The position numbers and the translations under genes were made by a program. From an uncultured Candidatus Entotheonella sp. (lineage in GTDB: Bacteria; Tectomicrobia; Entotheonellia; Entotheonellales; Entotheonellaceae), in contig CBDCDA010000001.1 of assembly GCA_965215335.1 (NCBI GenBank), positions 2,048,001-2,112,000 of the forward strand: DNA of 64,000 bases. Direction: 5' to 3'. The notes under the pieces were generated by a model. That model searched no databases, was not told the origin of the DNA, and was given only the letters and a program-made list of their open reading frames with translations. Positions 1 through 8,897 of this stretch are shown piece by piece; the first letter of the stretch is position 1; every line of letters starts with the position of its first letter.

Positions 1-45
1 CAGAACGCTCCAGTCCAATTCGGCGTACTCTGACGAGCCGTCACG

Positions 46-855
46 TCAAGCGCCTTTCGACAAAAGCCTGGGGAATGCCGGATTACGCTGCGCTAATCCG
101 ACCTGCAGGGCAACGATGTCGGCGTAGGTGACGTAGATCGGGGAGGAGCGTTTCGCGTGGACGCCATCGTTGTCGCTGACGGGGGGAATTTCTCGTTGGA
201 CGACTTGTCCTGGCCGTGCCTGGATGGGCGAGGTGAACATCGGGCCGTCGATGACGCAGGTGTGGAACTCGCCGTTTTCGCCCAAGGGGTCGATACCGCC
301 GGGAAGGTCGGCGAGGAATTGGCGGTCGAACCATCTGCCCACCATGTCGCTCGGCAGCCTGACGTCGCCGGCGGTGATGATGGCGCGTACCCCGGCGGCG
401 ATCATCGTTTCGGCCAGTTGGGAGGTATCGCTGCCCCAGACCGGGAAGAGCGGGGTGAAGCCGGTGCCGCTGAGCTTGTCTTCCCGGTAGCGTCGGACGT
501 CCGCCAGGAACAGGTCGCCGAACGCGAGATGCGCCGCCGTCTGGTGTTCCGGCAGTGCCTGGACCCGATCCAGAAACGCCTGCATGGCGGTTTCGTACTG
601 CGCGTTGGTGCATGGCGATGGGATAGTGATCTCGTAGAGCGGCAGGCCAAGCCGTTCGGACTGCAGCTTCAGAACCCAGCGCGGCGTGGAGTGGATGGCG
701 ATGCGGTCGAAAGTCTCGGTGACGGTGGTAAAGATGCCGCGCACCTCGTACCGTTCGGGTTGCTGACGGAGCATATGCAGTGCCCAGGCGGAGTCTTTGC
801 CGGAAGACCAGGAGACCATGACGGGCACGGGAGCGGGTGGATTGGCGGCGTTCAT
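46..855 (-). CDS. PP-loop adenine nucleotide alpha-hydrolase (diphthine-ammonia ligase/MJ0570-like ATP-binding protein)
   Basis: SWSSGKDS PP-loop, FGDLFL..VRRYRE and DPLGENGEFHT..DGP motifs. Confidence 0.85.
   Translation of the reverse strand: MNAANPPAPVPVMVSWSSGKDSAWALHMLRQQPERYEVRGIFTTVTETFDRIAIHSTPRWVLKLQSERLGLPLYEITIPSPCTNAQYETAMQAFLDRVQALPEHQTAAHLAFGDLFLADVRRYREDKLSGTGFTPLFPVWGSDTSQLAETMIAAGVRAIITAGDVRLPSDMVGRWFDRQFLADLPGGIDPLGENGEFHTCVIDGPMFTSPIQARPGQVVQREIPPVSDNDGVHAKRSSPIYVTYADIVALQVGLAQRNPAFPRLLSKGA
76..106. repeat. REP-like palindrome (GCAG-type), copy 1
   Basis: tgccggattacgctgcgctaatccgacctgc; near-identical to 32404..32434. Confidence 0.65.
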
Positions 856-907
856 TGTTTCCTCTCATGCGGGTGGACGCCCCCCTCCCTTACGGAGGGA
901 GTTGGTG

Positions 908-945
908 AAGGGGAAAATCCGGGGACAAGGGGAAAACCCGGGTAC
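908..945. promoter_or_regulatory. 19-bp imperfect tandem direct repeat upstream of the PP-loop gene
   Basis: aaggggaaaatccggggac / aaggggaaaacccgggtac, 17/19 identical. Confidence 0.4.
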
Positions 946-969
946 AAACCGTCTTGGTCCGAAAGTGCG

Positions 970-1584
970 CTAATCCGGCCTGCTTTGACCCGTCACCGCG
1001 GCGACCAGGTCCAGCAGGTTGGTGATCTGGTAGTTGGGGATGGTAACGACCTCGTCGCGACCGGCGGCCTGGACGTAGCGGCTGAAGGTGTCCGGCGCGA
1101 CGTCGCCGATGGTGTACTGGGCAAGCGGTTCCTGGCTTTCCGAACCGTAGACCAGGATGATCATGTCCGGGCTGGCAATGCCGTAGGCCTCGGCGTCCCT
1201 GGCCAGTACGAAATCGCGCTCGATGCGGGTGCGGCCGAAGGCGGCCAGGGCGAGATCGATCCGTTGCGTGAAGGCGGTATCGGCCTCGTGCTGGTGTTGT
1301 GCTGCGGGTTCAGCATCGTGCTCGTGGGTGTGATAGAACCAGGCGCCGCTGGCGTCGCGTTCAAAGCGGTGCAGGGCGCCGGCGTGGCCGATCTCGACCG
1401 CCGTCAACTGCGCCAGCGGTGCGGGCATCAGCATGCGTACCTCGCGTTCCTCGTGCTCTCCGTGCCCGTGCTCGTCTTCCTCCGGGGGGCCCAGATCGGC
1501 GCGCTCGATGATGATGACAGCCCCCACCAGCACCACGAACACCAGCCAGACGACGATCAGCCGGGAACGGCTGCCGCCCTTCAT
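970..1584 (-). CDS. DUF4340-like membrane-anchored accessory protein with His-rich segments
   Basis: N-terminal TM, YGI..P and IGD.APD..SRYV motifs; ATGA overlap with upstream gene; typical position after GldG-like gene. Confidence 0.75.
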   Translation of the reverse strand: MKGGSRSRLIVVWLVFVVLVGAVIIIERADLGPPEEDEHGHGEHEEREVRMLMPAPLAQLTAVEIGHAGALHRFERDASGAWFYHTHEHDAEPAAQHQHEADTAFTQRIDLALAAFGRTRIERDFVLARDAEAYGIASPDMIILVYGSESQEPLAQYTIGDVAPDTFSRYVQAAGRDEVVTIPNYQITNLLDLVAAVTGQSRPD

Positions 1585-3233
1585 CGCTGCTTCCACCAGA
1601 CGCCGATGCCGACCACGGCCAGGATGCCGGGGATGAGCACGACGGTCAGGAACAGGGTGCCCTTCATCTGTCGATTGGTGAGGTTGACGCGTGGCAGGTC
1701 GTAGGTGCGCGGCTCGATGCCGATGAGGTTCTCCTGGGCCGCCAGATAGCTCACCGTGTTGACGAACAGGGTGCCGTTTCCCAGGATATGGAAGAAGGAA
1801 TTGGTGGCGAAGTCCGAGTCGCCAACGACCGCGATGCGCGACCGTCCGGTGGGCATGGCCGCCGCGTCCCCGTTCGTGTCCTCGGTCGGCAGGGCCGGGA
1901 TGGGTGGCAGGTCCCCCTGCGACCCAAGTCGTCGAAGGGCTTCGGCGCTGCGCGGGTCCACCGGCCGGCGGCTGATGATGGCCATGATCGTGTTCGGCCC
2001 CGGCTGGTCGTTCTCGTCCAGCCCGACGCGGTCGCGCGTCGTCTCGCCGTAGCTGTTGGTGGACGAGTTGACGATCGGCATCACGCTGGTACCCGGCACG
2101 CGCCTGGGGGTCGGCGACAGCGACCGCGCGCCAGGGTAGAACGTCAGCGGCAGTTCGCGGGTTACCTGGTGATGGTTGTAGCTGGTGACCGCGGGTGACG
2201 ACACGTCAGCCCAGAAGTGCCGGGCCTCGTCGATGACGATGTTGTCGTCCAGCACCACGCCGTGGACGCGCAGCACCGGCTCCAGGCCGCTTTGCACGAA
2301 GGGATCGAGCATGAAAAAGGCGTTGCCGTTGGTGGTCAGAAAATCCCTTATCGTCGTGATCTCGGCCTCCAGCAGCGGCACCTTCGGCCCCGCCACGACC
2401 AGCACCGCACAGTCGTCGAGCGCCCCGACGCTGCCCACCAGCGAGACCTTCTCAACCTTGTAATTCAGGGCTTCCAGAGTGTTCCGCGCCTTGGCCATGC
2501 CGTGGCGCTCGTGCACGATGGTCTTGCCGCCGAGGCCGTGCGTGTGCCCGGCCTCGCCTTCCATGTGGTCGTGGGATTCGGTGCTGAAGGGGTCCGCCTC
2601 GCCGTGCCCTTCGAGGAAGCAGACGCGCTGGTTGGCATCCTGCGCGATGCGCAGGATGCCGTTGGCGATGTCGATCTCCTCGCTGCCGTGCACCTGCATG
2701 GTGCGGCCCTCGCTTTCCAGGACGGCGGTGCCGGCGAACTGCACGCCCCGCATTCGCGCCTGCGCCGGGTTGATCATCGGGTCGTAGAAGTCCACCGTCA
2801 CCAGGGACGATTGCGCGGCGATCAGCTCGTACAGCTCAGCCGTTTCGCGCAGCAGGGGATCGTGGAAGAAGACGATGTGCACCGGATTTTCGAGGCGCTC
2901 CAGCATGGCGACGGTCTGCTCGGACAGCGAGTGCAGGCCCTCGTCGGTGAGGTCGAAGCGCAGCGGGTAGAGGACCGACAGATACGCCACCACCAGCAGC
3001 ACGCCCACCGTGCCCAGGGCGTACAGCGCAATCTCCGTGCGGCGGCGGTGCAGCAGGGCGCCGATGTCGCGGCGCAGCGCCACCAGCCCCCATACCATCA
3101 GCACGGCGCCGGCGATGGCGAACGCCAGGGTCCACACCGACGGCTCCAGCAGAATGGCGTGCACGGCCAGCGCGGCCGCCAGCAAGGCGACCCCTGCCAG
3201 CAGAATGAGGCCCGAGACGAAGGAACGTTCCAT
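1581..3233 (-). CDS. GldG-family ABC transporter auxiliary/substrate-binding protein
   Basis: RFDLT....SLS..T, F..GHGE, VVGDSDF..N motifs; N-terminal TMs and C-terminal TM ending WWKQR. Confidence 0.85.
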   Translation of the reverse strand: MERSFVSGLILLAGVALLAAALAVHAILLEPSVWTLAFAIAGAVLMVWGLVALRRDIGALLHRRRTEIALYALGTVGVLLVVAYLSVLYPLRFDLTDEGLHSLSEQTVAMLERLENPVHIVFFHDPLLRETAELYELIAAQSSLVTVDFYDPMINPAQARMRGVQFAGTAVLESEGRTMQVHGSEEIDIANGILRIAQDANQRVCFLEGHGEADPFSTESHDHMEGEAGHTHGLGGKTIVHERHGMAKARNTLEALNYKVEKVSLVGSVGALDDCAVLVVAGPKVPLLEAEITTIRDFLTTNGNAFFMLDPFVQSGLEPVLRVHGVVLDDNIVIDEARHFWADVSSPAVTSYNHHQVTRELPLTFYPGARSLSPTPRRVPGTSVMPIVNSSTNSYGETTRDRVGLDENDQPGPNTIMAIISRRPVDPRSAEALRRLGSQGDLPPIPALPTEDTNGDAAAMPTGRSRIAVVGDSDFATNSFFHILGNGTLFVNTVSYLAAQENLIGIEPRTYDLPRVNLTNRQMKGTLFLTVVLIPGILAVVGIGVWWKQR

Positions 3234-3234
3234 G

Positions 3235-3942
3235 TCAGCGCTGCCACTGCAGATAGCTGGTGTTGAGAACCAGGACGACGGCGCAGACGACGAGGTAGAA
3301 GATCACCGACTCGGTGCGCACCAGCCCCTGGACGAATTCCTCGAAATGGCGCGAAAACGAGAGGTAGCCGAGCACGTTCCGCCACGCATAGGACGTCTGG
3401 AAGCGCTGGGCATTGGCGATGAACCAGAAGGCCAGCAGCACCGCCACGGTGATGAGCGCCGCCACGATCTGGTTCTGTGTCAGGGCGGAGAACAACTGGC
3501 CGATCGCCAGGCAGGCCATGCCCAGGAGGATGAAGCCGATGTAGCCGGACAGGATCGTCATGCCCTCGGGGTTGCCGAACAGGTACAGCGGCACCACGTC
3601 GACCAGCGTGCCGGCGGTCATGAGCAGCAGGATGGTGACGGCGCCGGCGAATTTGCCCAGCACGATCTGCCAGGGCCGCAGCGGCAGGGTGGCCAGCAGC
3701 TCCATGGTGCGGCCGTTGTACTCGCTCGTGAACAGCCGCATGGAGACCACGGGCAGGACGAGGAGCAGCAGGATGGCCATGTTCTGGAAGGTCTCGGTCA
3801 TCCTGGCGTTGCCAGTGAGGAAGATGCTGTAGGTGAAGAAGTAGCCGGTGCCGACCAGGAACACCGCCATGACGAAGTAGGCGATGGGGGAGTGGAAATA
3901 GGTCCGCAGTTCCTTCTGATATACGGCCAGGGCGCCGTTCAT
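3235..3942 (-). CDS. ABC-2 type permease (GldF-like)
   Basis: KELR.YF.SPIAY, SMRLF..E...TMELL.T.P, LGKF, TQNQIVAA motifs. Confidence 0.9.
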   Translation of the reverse strand: MNGALAVYQKELRTYFHSPIAYFVMAVFLVGTGYFFTYSIFLTGNARMTETFQNMAILLLLVLPVVSMRLFTSEYNGRTMELLATLPLRPWQIVLGKFAGAVTILLLMTAGTLVDVVPLYLFGNPEGMTILSGYIGFILLGMACLAIGQLFSALTQNQIVAALITVAVLLAFWFIANAQRFQTSYAWRNVLGYLSFSRHFEEFVQGLVRTESVIFYLVVCAVVLVLNTSYLQWQR

Positions 3943-3946
3943 GCCG

Positions 3947-4873
3947 TCATCCCTCGCTCACGTATTGTAGGAAGATGTTTTCCAGCGTCGGCTCCAGCCG
4001 CCCGAGGCTGTGCAGCGGCCAGCGCGGCGCCACGGCGTGGGCGATGGCCGCCTCCACACCGTCGCGCGCTTCGATCTGGCATTCGACCTGCAGCCGGTCG
4101 CCAGCGGTTTCTACCTCCACGCTGCGCACGCCGTCCACGGACAGCAATTCCTGCCGCAGTTCGTCAGCCGGTGCCGTCACCCGCAGGCTCACGCGGTTCG
4201 TCTGCTCCAGCGCCCGCTGCAGGCCGCTCGGCGAGTCGATGGCCAGCAGCCGCCCGTTGTTGATGATGGCCACGCGCCGGCAGATCATGGTGACTTCCGA
4301 GAGGATATGGGTGCTGAACAGCACCGCGTGTTCGGCGCCAAAGGCCCGAATAATGTCGCGCGCCTCGTGCAGTTGGCCCGGATCCAGGCCGATGGTCGGC
4401 TCGTCCAGCAGCAGCACCTGCGGCTTGCCGAGCAGGGCCTGCGCCAGCCCGACGCGTTGCCGATAGCCCTTGGACAGCTTGTAGATTTCGCGCCGCACCA
4501 CGTCCTCCAGACGGCAGGCGGCGACGACGCGATCGAGCTCGGCAGCCGCCTCCGAGCGTGCGACGCCTTTGGCCTTGGCGACAAAGCGCAGGTAGGCGGT
4601 CACGTCCAGGGTGTCGTACAGCGGCGGGTGTTCCGGCAGGTAGCCGATGTGGGATGCGGCCGCGTCGTTCTGGATGGCCATGTCGTAGCCGGCCACGCTG
4701 ACGCGCCCGGAGCTGGCGGTGGTGTAGCCGGCGATCATGCGCAGCGTGGTGGTCTTGCCCGAGCCGTTAGGGCCGAGGAACCCGACGATCTCGCCCTTTT
4801 CCACCGAGAACGACAGGTCCTGGATGACGGTTCGGGAACCGTAGCGTTTGGAGACCGATTCGAGAGTAATCAT
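3947..4873 (-). CDS. ABC transporter ATP-binding protein (GldA-like)
   Basis: Walker A GPNGSGKTT, LSKGYRQRVGLAQAL signature, LLLDEP Walker B. Confidence 0.95.
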   Translation of the reverse strand: MITLESVSKRYGSRTVIQDLSFSVEKGEIVGFLGPNGSGKTTTLRMIAGYTTASSGRVSVAGYDMAIQNDAAASHIGYLPEHPPLYDTLDVTAYLRFVAKAKGVARSEAAAELDRVVAACRLEDVVRREIYKLSKGYRQRVGLAQALLGKPQVLLLDEPTIGLDPGQLHEARDIIRAFGAEHAVLFSTHILSEVTMICRRVAIINNGRLLAIDSPSGLQRALEQTNRVSLRVTAPADELRQELLSVDGVRSVEVETAGDRLQVECQIEARDGVEAAIAHAVAPRWPLHSLGRLEPTLENIFLQYVSEG

Positions 4874-4908
4874 GCCGCACGACGTTCATGTTGGCGGGTC
4901 AATCCGGA

Positions 4909-4936
4909 GAAGACCCCTCCGCGCGGAGGGGTCTTC
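4909..4936. terminator. perfect 28-bp palindrome (hairpin) between lactonase and ABC ATPase genes
   Basis: gaagacccctcc-gcgc-ggaggggtcttc; no U-tract. Confidence 0.55.
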
Positions 4937-4947
4937 CGGTCACCGGG

Positions 4948-5817
4948 CTATTGATACCACTTCTCGCCCATCGCCTCGTACTGCTTGATGCTGTGTCCCA
5001 GCCACAGCTGCGCATTCTCGATGTCGCGCATCATCTTCAGCCGGTCCACGGACTTGGTGTAGTCCAGGATACTGTAATTCAGGCCGGCGGGATAGCCCTC
5101 CAGGTTCTCCTCCATCCACACGGCGTCCTGGGTCAGGAGGACCGTGCCGGTGTCGGCCAACCGCACCTTCACCGACTGGTGCCCGAGGGTGTGCCCCGGA
5201 GTGCTGATGACGACCAGGCTGCCGTCGCCGAACAGGTCATAGTCGCCGTCCAGCTCGAAATAGGTGAAGTCACGCGCGTCGTCATAGTCCGCCATGACGT
5301 GCGCCCCGCCACGCTGGAACTTCTCCGGCCACCAGGCCTGGTACAGTTCCTTCTTCTGGATCACGTGGATGGCATCCGGGAACATCTCGATGTTGCCGAT
5401 GTGGTCCAGGTGCGAGTGCGAGGTGATGACGATCTTCACGTCTTCGACCTTGTAGCCGAGCTTTTCGAGCTGCTTGTCGATGACGTCCGCGCGCGTCTGG
5501 GACGGCTTCAGGAAATCACAGAGGCCCTCGAGCCAGTGGCTCGTACAGGCGCCGTCGGAAATGGCGATGTTGTTGCCGGTGTCATAGACGACCAGGCCTT
5601 TCGGGTGGTCGATGATCCACATGTTGATGGGGATCATGATGTCACGGGCGTCGGGGTAGGTCGGGATCAGACCCTGGATGTTGAAGGGACCGAACAGGCC
5701 GCTGGCCGTCCAGTAGACCTTGGGGCCGGCCGCGCCATGACTCATGGCGCCGGCCGTGGAGGCGCCGATCACGCAAACCATCGTGATCAGGGCCATGGCA
5801 ATAACAAGCTTGCGCAT
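4948..5817 (-). CDS. exported N-acyl-homoserine-lactonase-family metallo-beta-lactamase-fold hydrolase
   Basis: HSHLDH, DLFGDG, TPGHT.GHQS motifs; signal peptide MRKLVIAMALITMVCVIGASTAGA. Confidence 0.88.
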   Translation of the reverse strand: MRKLVIAMALITMVCVIGASTAGAMSHGAAGPKVYWTASGLFGPFNIQGLIPTYPDARDIMIPINMWIIDHPKGLVVYDTGNNIAISDGACTSHWLEGLCDFLKPSQTRADVIDKQLEKLGYKVEDVKIVITSHSHLDHIGNIEMFPDAIHVIQKKELYQAWWPEKFQRGGAHVMADYDDARDFTYFELDGDYDLFGDGSLVVISTPGHTLGHQSVKVRLADTGTVLLTQDAVWMEENLEGYPAGLNYSILDYTKSVDRLKMMRDIENAQLWLGHSIKQYEAMGEKWYQ

Positions 5818-5937
5818 ACAACTCTCCTCTCTCCTTGTCTCTCCTTGAAAGTACGGGGAAAAGCGTGCCGGGTGCGGAAATCCCCCGGCACGGCTCAAGA
5901 ATCCGCGCGGTCACAGCATTCCACCATGCGGCAGTGT

Positions 5938-5967
5938 ACCTTAGCATGGCGATTTCCGGCCTGTCAA
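5938..5967 (-). promoter_or_regulatory. sigma70-type promoter for the lactonase-ABC operon
   Basis: TTGACA-18 nt-TAAGGT with extended -10 TG. Confidence 0.5.
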
Positions 5968-5995
5968 ACGCCAAAAAAATGGCGTCACATAAGGC

Positions 5996-6748
5996 TTACA
6001 GCGCTGTCATGCCACCGTCGATGACCATCTCGCTACCGGTCATGAACGACGACTCGTCGGAGGCCAGAAACAGCACGCCGCAGGCGATTTCATCGGGGTC
6101 GGCGTACCGGCCTAGCGGGGTGCGGCGCTCGGTGGCCTTCAGCCACTCCGGGTTGGACCAGCCGTGTTCGGTCATGGGCGTCTTCACCGGGCCGGGATGG
6201 ACGGAGTTGCAGCGGATGCCCTCGGCGGCGTGCTGCACCGCGGTGGACTTGGTGAGAATACGCACGGCGCCCTTGGAGGCGTTGTAGCCGGGGTGGATGT
6301 TGGTCTGGCCCACCATGCCGGAAATCGACGAGATGTTGATGATGGAGCCGCCGCCCGCCGCGCGCATCGCCGGAATGACCGCCCTGGTGCCCAGGAACAC
6401 CCCCTTGGCGTTGATCTCCATGATGCGGTCCCACTCCTCCACGGTGGCGGCGTCCCCGGCGTTCCAGCTGGCGATGCCGGCGTTGTTGACCAGAATATCG
6501 ACCTTGCCGAAGCGCGACACCGCGGTGCCGACCGTCTCGCGCCAGGCGTCCTCGTCGGTCACGTCCAGCCGCACGTAAACCGCCTCGCCACCCGCCGCCG
6601 CAATCTCGGCTTCCACCTGCCTGCCATCGTCGTCCAGGATGTCGCCGAACACGACCTTGGCGCCTTCCCGCGCAAACATCCTCGCCTCCGCCGCCCCCTG
6701 CCCGCGGGCGCCCCCGGTGATAATGGCCACCTTGCCTTGCAAGCGCAT
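5996..6748 (-). CDS. short-chain dehydrogenase/reductase
   Basis: TGGARGQG, NNAG, YNASK. Confidence 0.95.
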   Translation of the reverse strand: MRLQGKVAIITGGARGQGAAEARMFAREGAKVVFGDILDDDGRQVEAEIAAAGGEAVYVRLDVTDEDAWRETVGTAVSRFGKVDILVNNAGIASWNAGDAATVEEWDRIMEINAKGVFLGTRAVIPAMRAAGGGSIINISSISGMVGQTNIHPGYNASKGAVRILTKSTAVQHAAEGIRCNSVHPGPVKTPMTEHGWSNPEWLKATERRTPLGRYADPDEIACGVLFLASDESSFMTGSEMVIDGGMTAL

Positions 6749-6939
6749 ACGTCTGTCTCCTCTCATAGAAGCATCCTTCTGCCGCATGATACCTTATCCA
6801 AACCTTGTACGGCGGCTTTCCCGCCTCTCCACATCCTTGAAGCCTCGATCATGACCGAACAGGCAGGCGCCGCGGTACGCGTCGCCGCTTGCCCAACACC
6901 TCGGCCCTCTCCTCTCCAGGCATAGCCTTTATCAGGTCT

Positions 6940-7353
6940 TCATCGTGATTTCCCCGTGGAAATCTGTTCTGCTCTTGCAGCGACGGCCTCGATCTCGATC
7001 AGAAACTCGCCCCTTACCAGCCCGGCGCCGGTGAGCAGCATCGAGGCTGGACGCGCATCGCCCAGAAAGCGAGACCGGACCTTGACGTAATCCGGGATGT
7101 CCCGCTCGTGCAGCAGGTAGTGGGTCACTTTCACCAGATCGTGGACCGTCATGCCTGCCGATTTGAGCGTGTTGACAAGGTGGCCCCAGGCCAGCTCGGC
7201 CTGGCCGGTGATGTCGGCCGGCAACCCGCCATCCAGTGCAAGGCCCGGCGTCCCCGAGGTGAACAGCCAGCGGGCGCCTGGCGGCACCTCAATCGCGTCG
7301 CTGTAGCTGCCGACCTGCGAGGCAATCCCAATGTTGTGAACGATGTTGGGCAT
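6940..7353 (-). CDS. RidA/YjgF family protein
   Basis: YSDAI, LFTSG, RPAS, IEIEAVA motifs. Confidence 0.88.
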   Translation of the reverse strand: MPNIVHNIGIASQVGSYSDAIEVPPGARWLFTSGTPGLALDGGLPADITGQAELAWGHLVNTLKSAGMTVHDLVKVTHYLLHERDIPDYVKVRSRFLGDARPASMLLTGAGLVRGEFLIEIEAVAARAEQISTGKSR

Positions 7354-7501
7354 CAAGCTCCTCCTCCCTGTGCATTCAGCGGATTCATACAGAAAATTCC
7401 CGCGTTTCCGACCCGCGTTTCCGCATGGACGACGTCAAGGGGATAGGGTAGGGTAAACCCTTCCAGATGGGGACATCAATGCAGGTGGGAACAAACTGAA
7501 A

Positions 7502-8071
7502 ATGCAGGAACCAAACGGCACCCGGCGCGCAAGCAGCGGTGCTCGCGACGTGGCGACCGGCATTGCCGCCATGGCGCTGGTGGTGACGGCCTCGAACATT
7601 CTGGTGCAGTATCCGATCAATGACTGGCTGACGTGGGGCGCGTTGTCGTACCCGTTCGCGTTTCTGGTCACCGACCTGACGAACCGGCGCTTGGGTCCGG
7701 GCAGCGCGCGGCGCGTGGTGTGGGCAGGCTTTGCGTTTGCGGTGGTGCTGTCCGTGTGGCTGGCGACGCCGCGCATCGCCGGGGCGTCGGGGAGCGCTTT
7801 TCTGGTCGGCCAACTCGCCGACGTGTGGGTGTTCGACCGCCTGCGGCACCTCAAGTGGTGGCAGGCGCCGCTGGTGTCGTCGTCGCTGGGGTCGATCCTG
7901 GACACCGCGTTGTTCTTTTCCCTGGCCTTTGCCGGAACCGGCTTGCCGTGGACCACCTGGGCGGTGGGCGATCTGGCAGTGAAGGCGGTGTTTGCGGCGC
8001 TGCTGTTGATCCCGTTCCGACTGTTGCTGGGTGTGATCCGGGCGGCCGGGCAACCGGCCGTGGAGGCGTGA
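7502..8071 (+). CDS. VUT/YhhQ-family (queuosine precursor) transporter
   Basis: ASNILVQ, TWGA..YP.AFLVTDL.N, S..AF..GQL.D, LDT..FF motifs. Confidence 0.88.
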   Translation: MQEPNGTRRASSGARDVATGIAAMALVVTASNILVQYPINDWLTWGALSYPFAFLVTDLTNRRLGPGSARRVVWAGFAFAVVLSVWLATPRIAGASGSAFLVGQLADVWVFDRLRHLKWWQAPLVSSSLGSILDTALFFSLAFAGTGLPWTTWAVGDLAVKAVFAALLLIPFRLLLGVIRAAGQPAVEA

Positions 8072-8119
8072 GCCAGGAGCTCTGGATTATCTGGAGGAGG
8101 TGACGCGTTGGGTAACGTG

Positions 8120-8869
8120 ATGGATGCCGACCTGGCGCAATTTCGCGCGTACATCGAAGACGCAGAACGCATCGTGTTCTTCACCGGCGCCGGCGTCAGC
8201 ACCGAGTCGGGGATTCCCGATTTTCGCAGTCCGGGCGGCATCTGGACGCGCTCTCGGCCCATCGACTTCGCGCAGTTCATGGCGTCGCGGGAGGCGCGGC
8301 GGGAATCGTGGCGGCGCAAGTTCGAGACCGACAAGACGCTCAGCATCGCCAGGCCCAACGACGGGCACGCCGCCATCGCCAGGCTGGTGCGGCAGGGCAG
8401 GGCGTCGTGCGTCATCACCCAGAACATCGACGGGCTGCACCAGGCGTCCGGGGTGCCGGACGAGCAAGTCATCGAGCTGCACGGCAACACGACGTACGCC
8501 CACTGTCTCGGCTGTCGCCAGCGCTATGAGCTTGACCCCATAAGGGGGCAATTCGAGCGGGACGGCGAGCCGCCGGACTGCCATTGTGGCGGCTACATCA
8601 AGACCGCCACGATTTCGTTCGGCCAGGCCATGCCGGAAGCGGAAATGGCGCGCGCCGAGGCGAAAACGAATGTTTGCGACCTGTTCGTGACCGTCGGCTC
8701 ATCCCTGGTCGTCTATCCCGCCGCCGGTTTTCCCGCCCTCGCCAAACGGCGCGGCGCCCGCCTGGTGATTCTCAACCGTGAGCCAACCGACCTCGATCCC
8801 ATCGCCGACCTGGTGCTGCACCGCGAAATCGGCCCGACCCTGGCGCGCGTGACCGGGGCCATGCCCTGA
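8120..8869 (+). CDS. cobB: Sir2-family NAD-dependent protein deacylase
   Basis: GAGVSTESGIPDFRS, TQNIDGLH, HG, Zn-binding Cys, GSSL.V.PA. Confidence 0.93.
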   Translation: MDADLAQFRAYIEDAERIVFFTGAGVSTESGIPDFRSPGGIWTRSRPIDFAQFMASREARRESWRRKFETDKTLSIARPNDGHAAIARLVRQGRASCVITQNIDGLHQASGVPDEQVIELHGNTTYAHCLGCRQRYELDPIRGQFERDGEPPDCHCGGYIKTATISFGQAMPEAEMARAEAKTNVCDLFVTVGSSLVVYPAAGFPALAKRRGARLVILNREPTDLDPIADLVLHREIGPTLARVTGAMP

Positions 8870-8897
8870 TCCGCCACGCTCTCTTGAACGGAAGACC

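Noticed and set aside
157..1704. 515-aa plus-strand ORF, and similar long antisense ORFs (e.g. 58474..60012, 59937..61883, 46357..47922, 34756..36165)
   Set aside because: Antisense shadows of recognisable genes in high-GC DNA; no motifs of their own.
7356..7501. preQ1 riboswitch upstream of the queuosine-precursor transporter
   Set aside because: No recognisable preQ1 stem-loop or A-rich tail.
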